Source: an uncultured Verrucomicrobiae bacterium (GTDB lineage Bacteria; Verrucomicrobiota; Verrucomicrobiia; Limisphaerales; Palsa-1400). From it: a stretch of 64,000 nucleotides of DNA. Below, piece after piece: positions 41,682 through 52,360 of this stretch. The stretch is from assembly GCA_963702845.1 (NCBI GenBank), contig OY969763.1:3008001-3072000 (forward strand), given 5' to 3'. The notes beneath the pieces were generated by a model. The model saw only the letters and a list, made by a program, of their open reading frames with translations. It was not told where the DNA came from and ran no database searches. Each line of letters opens with the position of its first letter. Position 1 is the stretch's first letter. A program made the translations under genes and the position numbers.

Positions 41682-43049
41682 CTAATACTTCTTCAATAAA
41701 GCGTCGAGTTCAGATTGCATATTCTTCAGTTGTCCTGAAGCTTTCGAATCGTTGACTAGGTTGTGCATCTGCAACTTGTCCTTCTTTAGATCGAAAAGCT
41801 CATCCATGCCGCTAACACCTTCGTAACGAATGTAAACCCAATCGCTCGTCCGCGCCGCTTTCCATGCTGGGAATCTTGGGTACGGAGGATCGGTGAAATA
41901 TTCGAACAACGCCGACTTACGCCAGTTCGCAGATTTGTCCTTAAATAATGGCAGTAGCGACATACCTTGAACGTCTTTTGGAATGGTAGTGCCGCCCAAC
42001 TCCAGAAACGTCGGCGCGATATCAATGTTCATCACAATTTGATCATATTTCGTTCCCGCCTTGATGAGCTTTGGATAACGAATAAACAATGGATCGCGGA
42101 TCGATTCTTCGTACGCCCAGCGTTTGTCACCCAATCCGTGTTCTCCCCAGAAAAATCCATTGTCGCTCGTGAAGACAAACATCGTGTTATCGAGTTGCCC
42201 GTTCTTCTCGAGTGCGGCAAGCATATCGCGGACTCCGTCATCGACGGCAGCAAGGCATCGCAGCTGATCTTTCGCCGCTTTTTCCGGCCCCGCCCAATCA
42301 GGTCCCTTGGGTACTATTGCCTTCGGATGTTTTGGATCATGCACCAGTAACACAGGTTTGTCGTGGTCATCGTCATGGATACTCTTTGGGAACGGCACCT
42401 TCACGTCCCCATACAATTTCTTGTAACGCTCCGGCGGCATGAACGGCCCGTGCACCGCTTTGTGGCTGAGGTACAGCATAAACGGCTTATCGTGCGGCTT
42501 ATTGATAAACGCGACCGCGTTGCTGTTCAGAATATCCGTGATGTAACCCGGCACCTTTTTGCGCTCGCCATCGATGTTGAGCACCGGGTCGTTATAAACA
42601 CCCTGCCCTTTGAAACCCAGCCAATGATCCATGCCGGGCCGCGGCGTATCGTCATTGCCCATGTGCCATTTACCAACGAATGCCGTTTCGTAACCAGCGT
42701 CGTGCAACAATTTAGGGAACGTGACCAGCTTGTGACTCAATTCACTGTGGTCGGCGTTGTCGATTACTCCATGGCGATGCGGATATTGCCCGGTCAGAAA
42801 ACTGCCGCGACTCGGCGAACACAGCGGAATTGAGACAAAAAAGTTTTTGAACAAGGCCCCCTCATTGGCAATTCGGTCGATGTTGGGAGTCTTCGCCACC
42901 GGTGAACCCATACAACTAAACGCATCCCATCGGATATCATCGACCAAAACAAAAACAATGTTCGGCTTTTGCGGCGCATCCGCGGAGAAACCACATAGAG
43001 GGATGAGCGCGAGCGCAGAAAAAAGGGCAAAGCGTGTTCGGAAGTTCAC
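41682..43049 (-). CDS. Secreted formylglycine-dependent sulfatase
   Basis: KPNIVFVLVDD, CSPSRGSFLTG, GKWH and SDNG...GEH motifs. Confidence 0.95.
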   Translation of the reverse strand: MNFRTRFALFSALALIPLCGFSADAPQKPNIVFVLVDDIRWDAFSCMGSPVAKTPNIDRIANEGALFKNFFVSIPLCSPSRGSFLTGQYPHRHGVIDNADHSELSHKLVTFPKLLHDAGYETAFVGKWHMGNDDTPRPGMDHWLGFKGQGVYNDPVLNIDGERKKVPGYITDILNSNAVAFINKPHDKPFMLYLSHKAVHGPFMPPERYKKLYGDVKVPFPKSIHDDDHDKPVLLVHDPKHPKAIVPKGPDWAGPEKAAKDQLRCLAAVDDGVRDMLAALEKNGQLDNTMFVFTSDNGFFWGEHGLGDKRWAYEESIRDPLFIRYPKLIKAGTKYDQIVMNIDIAPTFLELGGTTIPKDVQGMSLLPLFKDKSANWRKSALFEYFTDPPYPRFPAWKAARTSDWVYIRYEGVSGMDELFDLKKDKLQMHNLVNDSKASGQLKNMQSELDALLKKY

Positions 43050-43094
43050 TTGTTTCCAGACTGAAGCGCACGCGGGGTGGTTACAAGCAAAAGA

Positions 43095-44486
43095 CTACCT
43101 CGCTCGCGTGATCACCATTCCAGGCGGTGGCGTGGCGATAATCCTCCGCTCGGCTTGAATCGGAGTCAGATGATCGCGATTCATTTCATTGACGATCAGC
43201 CCAGTGATATATGCGGTGGAAACAGAAGTCCCCTGCATCATCCACGTCTGGCCATTCAACGAAATATAAGAAGTGCCCGGCGCAATCACATCAATGAACG
43301 AACCTCTGTTCGCGTACGAATCGATTTGTCCGGATGCATTCCCAGCCGTAATCGCCAGCACCTCTGGCCATGCTGCGGGAAACGTATCCGCACTTGTCGG
43401 CTGATTGCCGGCCGCAGCGACGAACACCACGCCTTTGGCATACGCGTCCTTGATTACCTGGTGAAGCAACTCGCTTTCCCCTGCGCCACCGAGGCTCAGG
43501 TTAATCGGATTTGCGCCCGCATTGACCGCCGCGATGATTCCTTGCGTCACATCAAAAGTTGTCGTCGTCTCGCCCGAGCCGTAGACGTCAAAATTCATCA
43601 CCTTGCTTGGATGGTCGCCCATTGTTTGCAACATCGTTTCGAACATCCCAGTGCCGTGCAGCGGGGTGTCGCCCCCGGTTATCGTCACTCCCGTTCCCGT
43701 AATATTCACGCCAGGCAATAAAAACGCGCCAAGATTTCCCTGCTCCTGAACTGCCGTATCGATCAGGCCTACGAATTGTTTACCTTCCGGCATCACCTTC
43801 GGATCCAGCGAATAGCCGCTGGCCGTAGCCGTCGGCGTCATTTGATTCGGGTTCGGCCTCTCAATCGCGTAGTTCGATTCAATTGCGCCGACGTCATCAT
43901 TACCCGCCAACATCTGCCGTGCCGCGTTCGCGGCGGCTTCATCGTCGAACCCCAGCCGATACAATTTCAACCGATCATCGCGCCCCAAAATTTTCGCGTG
44001 CAACTTCGCCGCCAACTGCTCAATCGACATTTTCGAATCTCGCTTGAGCTGAACGATCAGCTCATTGGGAATGCGCACAATTTTCTTTGCCTGCGTCGGT
44101 TTGGTCGACTGAATTAACTGCGTCGCCGAACGTGCATCGGTGCGGTAGACAAACAATTGCGAAGTCCCGTTGGTGTCTTTCCGGGCGTAATTGATGTTCC
44201 CTAACAAGCGGCGCAGAGCCTCGTCCGATGTAAGATTTTTGAATTTCGCCGATATCGTCGCCTTCGTGCCTGGCTCGACATAGACCTGCCAACCGGTCAC
44301 GTTCGCGATTTTTTCCAGGACATCACCGAGCTTCCAATCATCGATCGACGCATCCACCCGGTCCTGCGACTTCTTCCAGTCGAGCGAATCCGCACGCACT
44401 GCCGTCGCCCCGACCACTAACGCACATATCGCGCACGCAACGCATGCGTTTCGAATGAGGCGATTAATAAGTGCGGATAAAATCAT
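43095..44486 (-). CDS. Secreted S8 serine peptidase with N-terminal STN/secretin-N0-like domain
   Basis: Triad LIDT / HGT / GTS, oxyanion AAAGN, INLSLGG; N-terminal LGDVLEKIANVTGWQVYVEP...DEALRRLL. Confidence 0.85.
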   Translation of the reverse strand: MILSALINRLIRNACVACAICALVVGATAVRADSLDWKKSQDRVDASIDDWKLGDVLEKIANVTGWQVYVEPGTKATISAKFKNLTSDEALRRLLGNINYARKDTNGTSQLFVYRTDARSATQLIQSTKPTQAKKIVRIPNELIVQLKRDSKMSIEQLAAKLHAKILGRDDRLKLYRLGFDDEAAANAARQMLAGNDDVGAIESNYAIERPNPNQMTPTATASGYSLDPKVMPEGKQFVGLIDTAVQEQGNLGAFLLPGVNITGTGVTITGGDTPLHGTGMFETMLQTMGDHPSKVMNFDVYGSGETTTTFDVTQGIIAAVNAGANPINLSLGGAGESELLHQVIKDAYAKGVVFVAAAGNQPTSADTFPAAWPEVLAITAGNASGQIDSYANRGSFIDVIAPGTSYISLNGQTWMMQGTSVSTAYITGLIVNEMNRDHLTPIQAERRIIATPPPGMVITRAR

Positions 44487-44539
44487 GTGCACGTTCCTAC
44501 AGGTCATGAGCATACCGGTTCTTGCTATTGACTGCAATG

Positions 44540-46084
44540 CTATCGGCGCAGCCGGTAATAACTCATCCCGCTTGGAGAATTGACGGTCACACGATAGGAA
44601 TTGTTCGATATTACCGGCGCATTTGTCACCGTCTTCCAGATAGTCGGCGGCGAAAGGCTGGACGTCGACTCCAACGTAAATCCATTCGGGTAAAGCGGCC
44701 AAGCAATGAGGACGCTGCCGGATTGATAGCTGACATTCAGTGGAATGACAAAACTCTCATAGGCTAGCGCATACGTCTCTGTCGGCGTGATGCTTTTGGC
44801 CCCGCTATTTTTCAATACCTGCAAATCATACCGGCTCGGCGGCAGCGCCGGCATATATACATGCTCCACGTTATCAACTCGGCTCGTGCTCATCGCAACT
44901 TGCGCCCCGTCTGAAACACGATACAAAAACAAATCCAAATCATTGATCGACGTGGTGCTCAACGCTCGATCCCACACCAGCGTCGCTGTCAGTGTATAAT
45001 TCCCATTTGTCGCGGGTAGATTGAAATAATAATGCGCGATCGAATCCTGTGCGGTCGTCGTAATACTTCCGAAGTCCCACCCAACCACAGTCGGCTCGTT
45101 GGCCGAATTTGCTCCGGGCGGATGCGCAGCGCCAGTGGCAATGCTCGTTGTTTCGATGGCATGATGCGCCCCAGCGGTCAGCTGCTTATACGAATTGAAA
45201 ATGTTTAAAATCCCCGCCCCCGTTCCATGGGTCGCATCCACCGGCATCGAAGCCGTGTGTGTCCAGTTGCTCGGTTTGACTGCGCCGTTCATCAACAGCG
45301 CTTTGATCGTGCGGACATCGGATGATCCAGTCCCGTTTCCTGCATCACCTCGCGCCGCCGCCTGCAACAAAATGGCCGCCGCCCCACTCACATACGGCGC
45401 CGAGAAACTCGTCTCCTCTCCCGGCGCGCACAAATCCGGCTTTGCGCGCCCATCCGGCGTCCCGCCAATACTGCTCGTAGCGTCACTCACCCCCACGCCA
45501 ATATTGTTGTAAGCGGCGGCCGGCGGGTAAACGGTCGTTCCGTTACCAGCGGCTGAACAAAAAATTGTCCCATAACGCGCCACATAGTTATCATAAGTCG
45601 AATCAACCACGGCGTCCGGAGGATCTCCGGTGAACAGAAAACTTTGGTTCACAACCTTACCGGATGTCGCCAGCGACGCCACCACTACGTCTTCATAAAA
45701 AGTATCCGCAAGATAATTGTCAACGTGCAGCACGCCCGGCGAAGGCCCGTAATATATGTGATAAAAATGCGTCGCGACTCCATCGGCGTGTCCCGACTCC
45801 GTTCCAACCGCATTCGGGAATGTCGTCGCTGAACCGCTCCCGCTGATCCAAGTGAAAAGATTTGTGGGCTGACCTGTCGCAGCGGGGTTCGCTTCGAATT
45901 GACTCGTGCCCAATTCCGACGCCTCCGCTTGCGTCACATAAATTCCTGTCCCGATCAAAGAAGGATCGACCGCGCGCAATGGCGTGACGCCGATCGTATC
46001 AAAATCAGAACCTAAAAGGTGGAAATTAAGGAAAAGGAGGACGCCGAAAACCAAAGCAATCCGGTATTGAGCAATAGCGATCAT
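44540..46084 (-). CDS. Secreted S8-like peptidase with C-terminal YYRL module
   Basis: HADGVA, AAGNG, KPDLCAPG, TSFSAPYVSG, IKALLMNGA, GAGILN; ends SYYRLRR. Confidence 0.85.
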   Translation of the reverse strand: MIAIAQYRIALVFGVLLFLNFHLLGSDFDTIGVTPLRAVDPSLIGTGIYVTQAEASELGTSQFEANPAATGQPTNLFTWISGSGSATTFPNAVGTESGHADGVATHFYHIYYGPSPGVLHVDNYLADTFYEDVVVASLATSGKVVNQSFLFTGDPPDAVVDSTYDNYVARYGTIFCSAAGNGTTVYPPAAAYNNIGVGVSDATSSIGGTPDGRAKPDLCAPGEETSFSAPYVSGAAAILLQAAARGDAGNGTGSSDVRTIKALLMNGAVKPSNWTHTASMPVDATHGTGAGILNIFNSYKQLTAGAHHAIETTSIATGAAHPPGANSANEPTVVGWDFGSITTTAQDSIAHYYFNLPATNGNYTLTATLVWDRALSTTSINDLDLFLYRVSDGAQVAMSTSRVDNVEHVYMPALPPSRYDLQVLKNSGAKSITPTETYALAYESFVIPLNVSYQSGSVLIAWPLYPNGFTLESTSSLSPPTIWKTVTNAPVISNNSYRVTVNSPSGMSYYRLRR

Positions 46085-46180
46085 CCTGCCTTCGCAGGAG
46101 TGTGCCAGAAACAACTCTTCCGTTCAACCTGAACGAAGCATCACTTGCGCATTTCAACCTCCGTTACCGCGACTACAATA

Positions 46181-47745
46181 TCACCGACGCAACCGGTAAT
46201 AGTTCATGCCACCGGAGGAATTAATCCAAACCGGTATAAACTGTTTGAAATAGTTACCCCACTGGACACCTGCGTCCACGTAATCGGCAAGGAAAGACTT
46301 GACGTCGATTCCAGCGCAAAGCCATTGGGATAAATCGGCCACGTGATCAGAATATTTCCGCCCTGTTTAGTCATACTCAGTGGGAGGGCAAAACTTTCGT
46401 AAGCCAACGCGTACGTCTCCGTCGCCGTGATGCTCCGCGTTCCGCTGTTCTTCAACACCTGCAAATCATAGCGTCCGGCCGGCAGCGAACGCATATAGAT
46501 ATGCTCAATGTTATCGACCCGGCTCATACTCATCGAAATCTGCGCGCCGTCCGATGTCCGGTACAAAAATAAATCCAAATCGTTAATCGACGTCGCGTTC
46601 AAGCCGCGATTCCAAGCCAATGTCGCCGTCAACGTATAATTCCCAGTCATCGCCGGCAGATTAAAATAATAATGCACAATCGAATCCTGGCTCGTCGTTG
46701 TAATCGTTCCAAAATCCCATCCATACAACACTGGCTCGTTGCCCTGATTCGATCCCGGCGGATGGGTTGCGCCAGTCGCTACACTCGTCGTTTCAATCGC
46801 TCGATGTTGCCCGTTGTTCATTTGCCTGTATGAATTGAATACATTCAAAACACCTGCTCCCGTCCCGTGCGTCGCATCCACCGGCATCGACGCCGTGTGC
46901 GTCCAATTAGTTGGCTTAACCGCCCCGTTCATCAACAGCGCCTTGATCGTCCGAACATCAGACGCCGCCGAAATATTCGTGCCCGCGTCACCTCTCGCCG
47001 CCGCCTGGAATAAAATCACCGCCGCCCCAGTCACATAAGCCGTAGAATAGCTCGTCGCCAAACCCGGCGCGGACAAATCCGGTTTAGCGCGTCCGTCCGG
47101 CGTGCCGCCGACGCTGCTCTCCGCGTCACTGACGCCGACTCCAATGGTGTTGTACGCCGCCGCCGGCTCCCGCACCGCTTGGCCCGTGCCCGTCGCCGAA
47201 CAGAAAATCTTTCCATAGCGCGCAACATAATTGTCGTACGCAGCCCCAACAACGCTGTCAGGCGGAGTGCCGTAGGTGGCGAAACTTTGATTCACCACCG
47301 TGCCGGGCGTCGCAACACCTGTCACAACAATGTTCGAGTAGTAAGCCCACGCCAAATAGTTATCAACGTGCGACACTGCGGGCACCACCCCTTCGTTAAC
47401 CGAATACAAACGCGTTGCGACTCCAACGGCATGCGCCGATTTGGTGCCCAGCGAATTTGGAACCGTCGTCGCCGTCGCGTTGTTGTTGCCGATCCACGTA
47501 AACAAATTCGTCGGCTGACCAACCGCACTTGGATCGACTTCAAACTCCGTGTCGCCCAACTCAGACCCTTCAGGGTGATTCAAATAAACACCCGAACCAT
47601 TCAGTGTTGAATCAACCGCACGAAGAGCAGTCACACCGATGATGTCCTGGTTCGAAGCTCCTGAAGCAGTAATCGTGAGAAATAGAAAAAGACCGACGCA
47701 GAGCAATGCACCTTTCCTCTTTGCATTAACTTTCGCGCGTATCAT
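46181..47745 (-). CDS. Paralogous S8-like peptidase (1-nt indel near 46230)
   Basis: Highly similar to the neighbouring gene; adding one G gives the C-terminus YRVWINSSGGMNYYRLRR* at 46181. Confidence 0.85.
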
Positions 47746-47833
47746 TGGATTCCACTGTCCCGGAATACCAGCCTCCCGCAACCTTATCGCGACGTCAGAA
47801 AGAATATGTTCAATTGCTCGGATACGTGCTTAA

Positions 47834-48856
47834 ATGACGCCGCCGATGAAGTGCTTCGATACGAAATACAACGCCATCCCTAAAACGGAAATACACTGTC
47901 ACTTAGAAGGTGCGATTCGCACCTCCACCATTATCGACGTTGCCAAACAATACGGGCTGAAACTTCCGTCACACGATGTCACCGGTTTAGATCCGCACGT
48001 AAAAGTCCTGGAACAAATGAAGGACCTCGAAGCCGTCCTTCGCGCGTTTCGCATTGCGCAAAACAGCATCACCAGCGTGGACGTGGTGGAGCGGATTGCA
48101 TGGGAAGTGTTCGAGGATGCCGCCAAACAAAATATCAAACTTTTCGAAGTGCGTTTCTCGCCTGACTTCGCCTTCAGCGGTCACAAAATCGATTGGGACG
48201 CTGGCCTCAAAGCAATCCTCCGCGCCAAACGACGCGCCCAGGAAAAATTCGGCATGGCTATCGGGCTGATTGCCATTTCATCGCGCAGCATGGGAATGGC
48301 CTCGTGCGAAAAAACCGTCGATTGGGCTATCCAGCACAAAAACGAAATCCACGCCTTTGACCTCGCCGATGGCGAAGCAACCCATCCCATCCAAAAGTTC
48401 ATCGGCCCCGTGCTCCGCGCCAAGAATGCCGGGCTCAAAATCACAATTCATTCCGGAGAAGATACCAATGGCCAGGCAGTCATCGACACCATCTGCGCTG
48501 TCGAACCAGACCGCATCGGCCATGGTGTGCGCATTATCCACGACCAAAAAGCAATCGACCTCGTTAAGGCGCGCGGCGTCACACTGGAACTGAATCCCTG
48601 GAGCAATTATCTCACGAACGCCGTTAGCCGTATCGAAGAACATCCCTTCAAACGCCTCTTCGACATGGGAGTGAAGGTCACGATCAGCTCCGATGATCCA
48701 GAAGTTTTGGAAACGAATCTCAATAACGAATACCGCATCGCGCACGAAATCCTCGGAATGAGCCTCGACGAAATCAAGCAATGCAATCGCAACGCTGTCG
48801 CTGCCTCCTTCATTCCGAAAAACCAACTTCAAACAGTCGCCGCGATATTCAACTGA
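47834..48856 (+). CDS. add: Adenosine/adenine deaminase
   Basis: KTEIHCHLEG, HSGE, RIGHG and SSDDP. Confidence 0.9.
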   Translation: MTPPMKCFDTKYNAIPKTEIHCHLEGAIRTSTIIDVAKQYGLKLPSHDVTGLDPHVKVLEQMKDLEAVLRAFRIAQNSITSVDVVERIAWEVFEDAAKQNIKLFEVRFSPDFAFSGHKIDWDAGLKAILRAKRRAQEKFGMAIGLIAISSRSMGMASCEKTVDWAIQHKNEIHAFDLADGEATHPIQKFIGPVLRAKNAGLKITIHSGEDTNGQAVIDTICAVEPDRIGHGVRIIHDQKAIDLVKARGVTLELNPWSNYLTNAVSRIEEHPFKRLFDMGVKVTISSDDPEVLETNLNNEYRIAHEILGMSLDEIKQCNRNAVAASFIPKNQLQTVAAIFN

Positions 48857-48936
48857 CAGAGCAGCTTTACGACATCGGAAGGCTTGTCCCTTCATCGCAT
48901 TCGACATTTAAACCAACTTGTCGGTACATTGCCTCC

Positions 48937-49617
48937 ATGACCAGCCCATCCGTTCCATTCACAAAGGAAGATCCATGGCGCATTTTCCGCATCATGGCTG
49001 AATTTGTGGATTCGTTCGAAGTTCTTTCGCAGGTCGGAACCGCCGTAACGATATTTGGCTCAGCCCGCCTTCCTCCATCCAATCCCTATTATCAACACTC
49101 GGTGACAATCGGGCGCGAACTCGCCAAACACAAACTCGCCGTCATCACCGGCGGCGGGCCGGGCATCATGGAAGCCGCCAATCGCGGCGCAACCGAAGGC
49201 GGAGGGAAGTCAGTTGGGCTGAATATCGAACTGCCATTCGAGCAGCAGGGAAATCGCTACGCCAATGTCCCGTTGCACTTTCACTATTTCTTCTCGCGTA
49301 AAGTCTGTTTTGTGAAATACAGCGTCGCATTTGTCTTCATGCCGGGCGGGTTCGGAACCATGGACGAATTATTTGAAGTGCTCACCCTGGTTCAAACGAC
49401 GCGCATCCCGCGATTCCCGCTGATTCTTTTCGGGTCCGAATATTGGAGCGGGTTGCTCCAGTGGCTAAAAACTACCACGGAACGAAACGCCATGATTTCT
49501 CCCGGTGACTTAGACTTACTGCACATCACCGACAGCACCGACGAGGTCGTTTCCATTATTAGCGAATACATGCACAAAGTCGGCCCACCGGAGCAAGTCC
49601 CGAAGACCCTCGCGTAA
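48937..49617 (+). CDS. LOG/SLOG family protein (TIGR00730-like)
   Basis: TIFGSAR, TGGGPGIMEAANRGA and PGGFGTMDE. Confidence 0.93.
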   Translation: MTSPSVPFTKEDPWRIFRIMAEFVDSFEVLSQVGTAVTIFGSARLPPSNPYYQHSVTIGRELAKHKLAVITGGGPGIMEAANRGATEGGGKSVGLNIELPFEQQGNRYANVPLHFHYFFSRKVCFVKYSVAFVFMPGGFGTMDELFEVLTLVQTTRIPRFPLILFGSEYWSGLLQWLKTTTERNAMISPGDLDLLHITDSTDEVVSIISEYMHKVGPPEQVPKTLA

Positions 49618-49655
49618 GCATTGCGACCGCCATACTTTCAGGCAAGTTCAAGTAG

Positions 49656-50918
49656 ATGTATAAAGTCACTCGGCTGGAAAACGGACTGACAATTGCCACT
49701 GCGGAAATGCCGCACATGGCCAGTGTCAGCCTTGGAATTTGGGTCGGCATCGGCAGTCGCTACGAACCCGAGCGGATCAGCGGTATTTCCCATTTCATTG
49801 AGCACCTTTTGTTCAAAGGCACGAACAAACGTTCCGCAAAACAAATCTCGCAGGACGTCGAAGGTATCGGCGGTTATCTAAACGCTTTCACCAGCGAAGA
49901 AAACACCTGCTTCTATTCCAAAGCCCGTCACGACTGCTTCGATGAATTGCTCGACGTTCTCACAGACATGCTGTTGAACTCGACGTTTGTCGCGGCCGAA
50001 ATCGGCAAAGAACGTGACGTGATTAAAGAAGAGTTGGCCATGTACATGGATCAACCGCAGCAATACGTTCATGAATTGCTCAATGCTACAATGTGGCCTG
50101 ACCAACCACTTGGGCGCTCCATCACCGGCACCGAAAAGAATCTCGATTATATCCATCGCAAACACCTCGTTGATTTTCAACGCACCAATTACATTGCGCC
50201 GGCCAGCCTCATCACCGCTGCCGGACGTTTAAGCCACAGCCAGGTCGTCAAAGCCGTGAAGCGCTACGCAAGATCGTGGCCTAACGGCAAACGCGCCCAG
50301 TTCACCCCAGCCATCGAAAATCAGACCAAACCGAACATTCGGCTCTTCAGTAAGAAAACGGAACAAACCCAACTCGCTCTCGGCATACGCACGTGCCCTC
50401 GCCACGATGAACGCCGATTCGGCCTGCGTCTGCTCAATACCATTCTCGGTGAGAACATGAGTTCGCGCCTTTTCCAAACGATTCGGGAGGACGAAGGTAT
50501 CGCCTACTCGGTTTATAGTTCGAACAGCTTTTTTGACGACACCGGCGATCTCGTCATCTCCGCGGGTTTGGACGAAGACAATCTCGAACGCACATTAAAA
50601 ATCATCATGCGCGAGATGAAAAAACTGCGCGCCCAACCCGTTTCAAAATCCGAACTCCGCCGCGCCTGCGACTACGTCATCGGTCAACTCGAACTCAGTC
50701 TTGAAAACAGCGAGAACCAGATGATGTGGGTTGGCGAACACATGCTCGGCTACGGAAAAATCTTCGAACCGGAAAAAGTCAAAGCCCGTCTCAGCAAAGT
50801 CACTGCCTCAGACGTCCGGCACGCTGCCAACGAGTTTTTCGTGCCAAACAGGCTGAATCTCGCGTTGATCAGCCCGATGAAATCTGCCAATGGTTTAGAG
50901 AGAATCTTAGCCGGGTAA
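49656..50918 (+). CDS. M16 (pitrilysin-family) zinc peptidase
   Basis: HFIEHLLFKGT (HXXEH), NAFT and SSRLFQ..RE. Confidence 0.95.
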   Translation: MYKVTRLENGLTIATAEMPHMASVSLGIWVGIGSRYEPERISGISHFIEHLLFKGTNKRSAKQISQDVEGIGGYLNAFTSEENTCFYSKARHDCFDELLDVLTDMLLNSTFVAAEIGKERDVIKEELAMYMDQPQQYVHELLNATMWPDQPLGRSITGTEKNLDYIHRKHLVDFQRTNYIAPASLITAAGRLSHSQVVKAVKRYARSWPNGKRAQFTPAIENQTKPNIRLFSKKTEQTQLALGIRTCPRHDERRFGLRLLNTILGENMSSRLFQTIREDEGIAYSVYSSNSFFDDTGDLVISAGLDEDNLERTLKIIMREMKKLRAQPVSKSELRRACDYVIGQLELSLENSENQMMWVGEHMLGYGKIFEPEKVKARLSKVTASDVRHAANEFFVPNRLNLALISPMKSANGLERILAG

Positions 50919-50921
50919 CAC

Positions 50922-52320
50922 GTGCGCCCAATCATCCAGGAAATCCAAACTTCGCACACGCCCGAGTCGCTCGTCGAGCAGCTTGCTGGCGAACCGGGAA
51001 TTGTTCTCCTGCGTAGCGCGATGTTCGATTCGGCGCACGCGCATTACTCTTTCGTCACCACTCGCCGTTCCTGGAATTCCGCAGTTCCGGTTCGCGTTGC
51101 GAAACCATTAACGACATTCCACATATTCAGTTCGGAAATCCTTGGCACGTGCTCGACGGTTTGATGTCGCGATACGAATTGCTCGATGAAATCGATTTGC
51201 CATTTCCGCTCGGTGGATGCTTCGGCTATTGGGGCTACGATCTTAAGAACTTCGTCGAACCTAAATTACCGCGCACTGCCGTAAACGATCTCGAGTTACC
51301 CGATTGCCATGTTGGTTTCTATGACAGCCTCGTCGTCTTCGATCACCGTCTCTCCAAAACCTGGATCATCTCAACGGGCCTACAAGCCGACGGGTCAAGA
51401 ACCGAAACACGTGCCCACGACCGTTTGCGATTGGTGGACAGGACGCTGGTATCGCAGGTTTCCAAACCTGCTGTATCGCAGGCCTCCGAGCCTGCTACCC
51501 TCTCAGTCGAAAGCAACCTCACCCGCGAAGATTTCATCACCAACGTCCGCCAAGCTCAGGACTACATTCATCACGGCCACATCTACCAGGTAAACCTTTC
51601 GCATCGCCTCGCCGCCGATTGGCCGGAGTCCGCGTGGGCCTTGTTCCAGAATCTGCACGAAGTCTCTCCTGCTCCATTCTCCGCCTATCTCAACTGTGGC
51701 AATTTCCAAATCTGCTCATCCTCACCCGAACTTTTTCTACGTCTTAGTGGCAACCATATTCAAACGCGTCCAATCAAAGGCACCCGTCCGCGTTCGACAG
51801 ATTCCGTCCGTGATGCTCAACTAACTTACGAACTTCAGACCAGCCCAAAGAAATGTCCGAACTGGTCATGATCACCGATCTACTTCGCAACGACCTCGGC
51901 AAGATTTGCGAATACGGTTCCGTGCACGTGCCTGAACTCGTCCGTCTCGAGCGTTATCCGCAGGTGCAACATCTTGTCTCAACAGTCGAAGGCCGACTGC
52001 GCAACGACCAAACGCATTTCTCCAGCTTCGCATCGTGCTTCCCCGGCGGCAGCATCACTGGCGCGCCGAAAATTCGCGCCATGGAAATCATCGACGAACT
52101 CGAACCAATCACGCGCGGTCCATACACCGGCGCCATTGGCTATCTCGGCTTCAATCGCGAAAGCCAACTCAGCATCACGATTCGCACCGCGCTCTGCAAA
52201 AACTACAAAACATACTTCCACGTCGGTGCCGGCATCGTCGCTGATTCAAATCCCGAAGCTGAATACGAAGAAACTCTAGCAAAGGCCGCGGGCTTCCGCG
52301 CCGCAATCAATATAGAGTAA
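50922..52320 (+). CDS. pabB: Aminodeoxychorismate synthase component I (frameshifts near 51066 and 51848)
   Basis: IYQVNLS, SSPELF, TRPIKGT, MITDLLRNDLGK, FPGGSITGAPK, RGPYTG and GAGIVADS. Confidence 0.9.
51449..51495. repeat. Tandem REP-like doublet inside pabB
   Basis: GTATCGCAGGTTTCCAAACCTGC-T-GTATCGCAGGCCTCCGAGCCTGC. Confidence 0.85.
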
Positions 52321-52360
52321 GGCGCGTCGCTCCGCGCGCGCCACTTCAAGAGTTGATCGT

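Noticed and set aside
47834..49617. add + LOG as a novel nucleotide-signalling system
   Set aside because: Both have canonical motifs, and ordinary purine salvage explains the adjacency.
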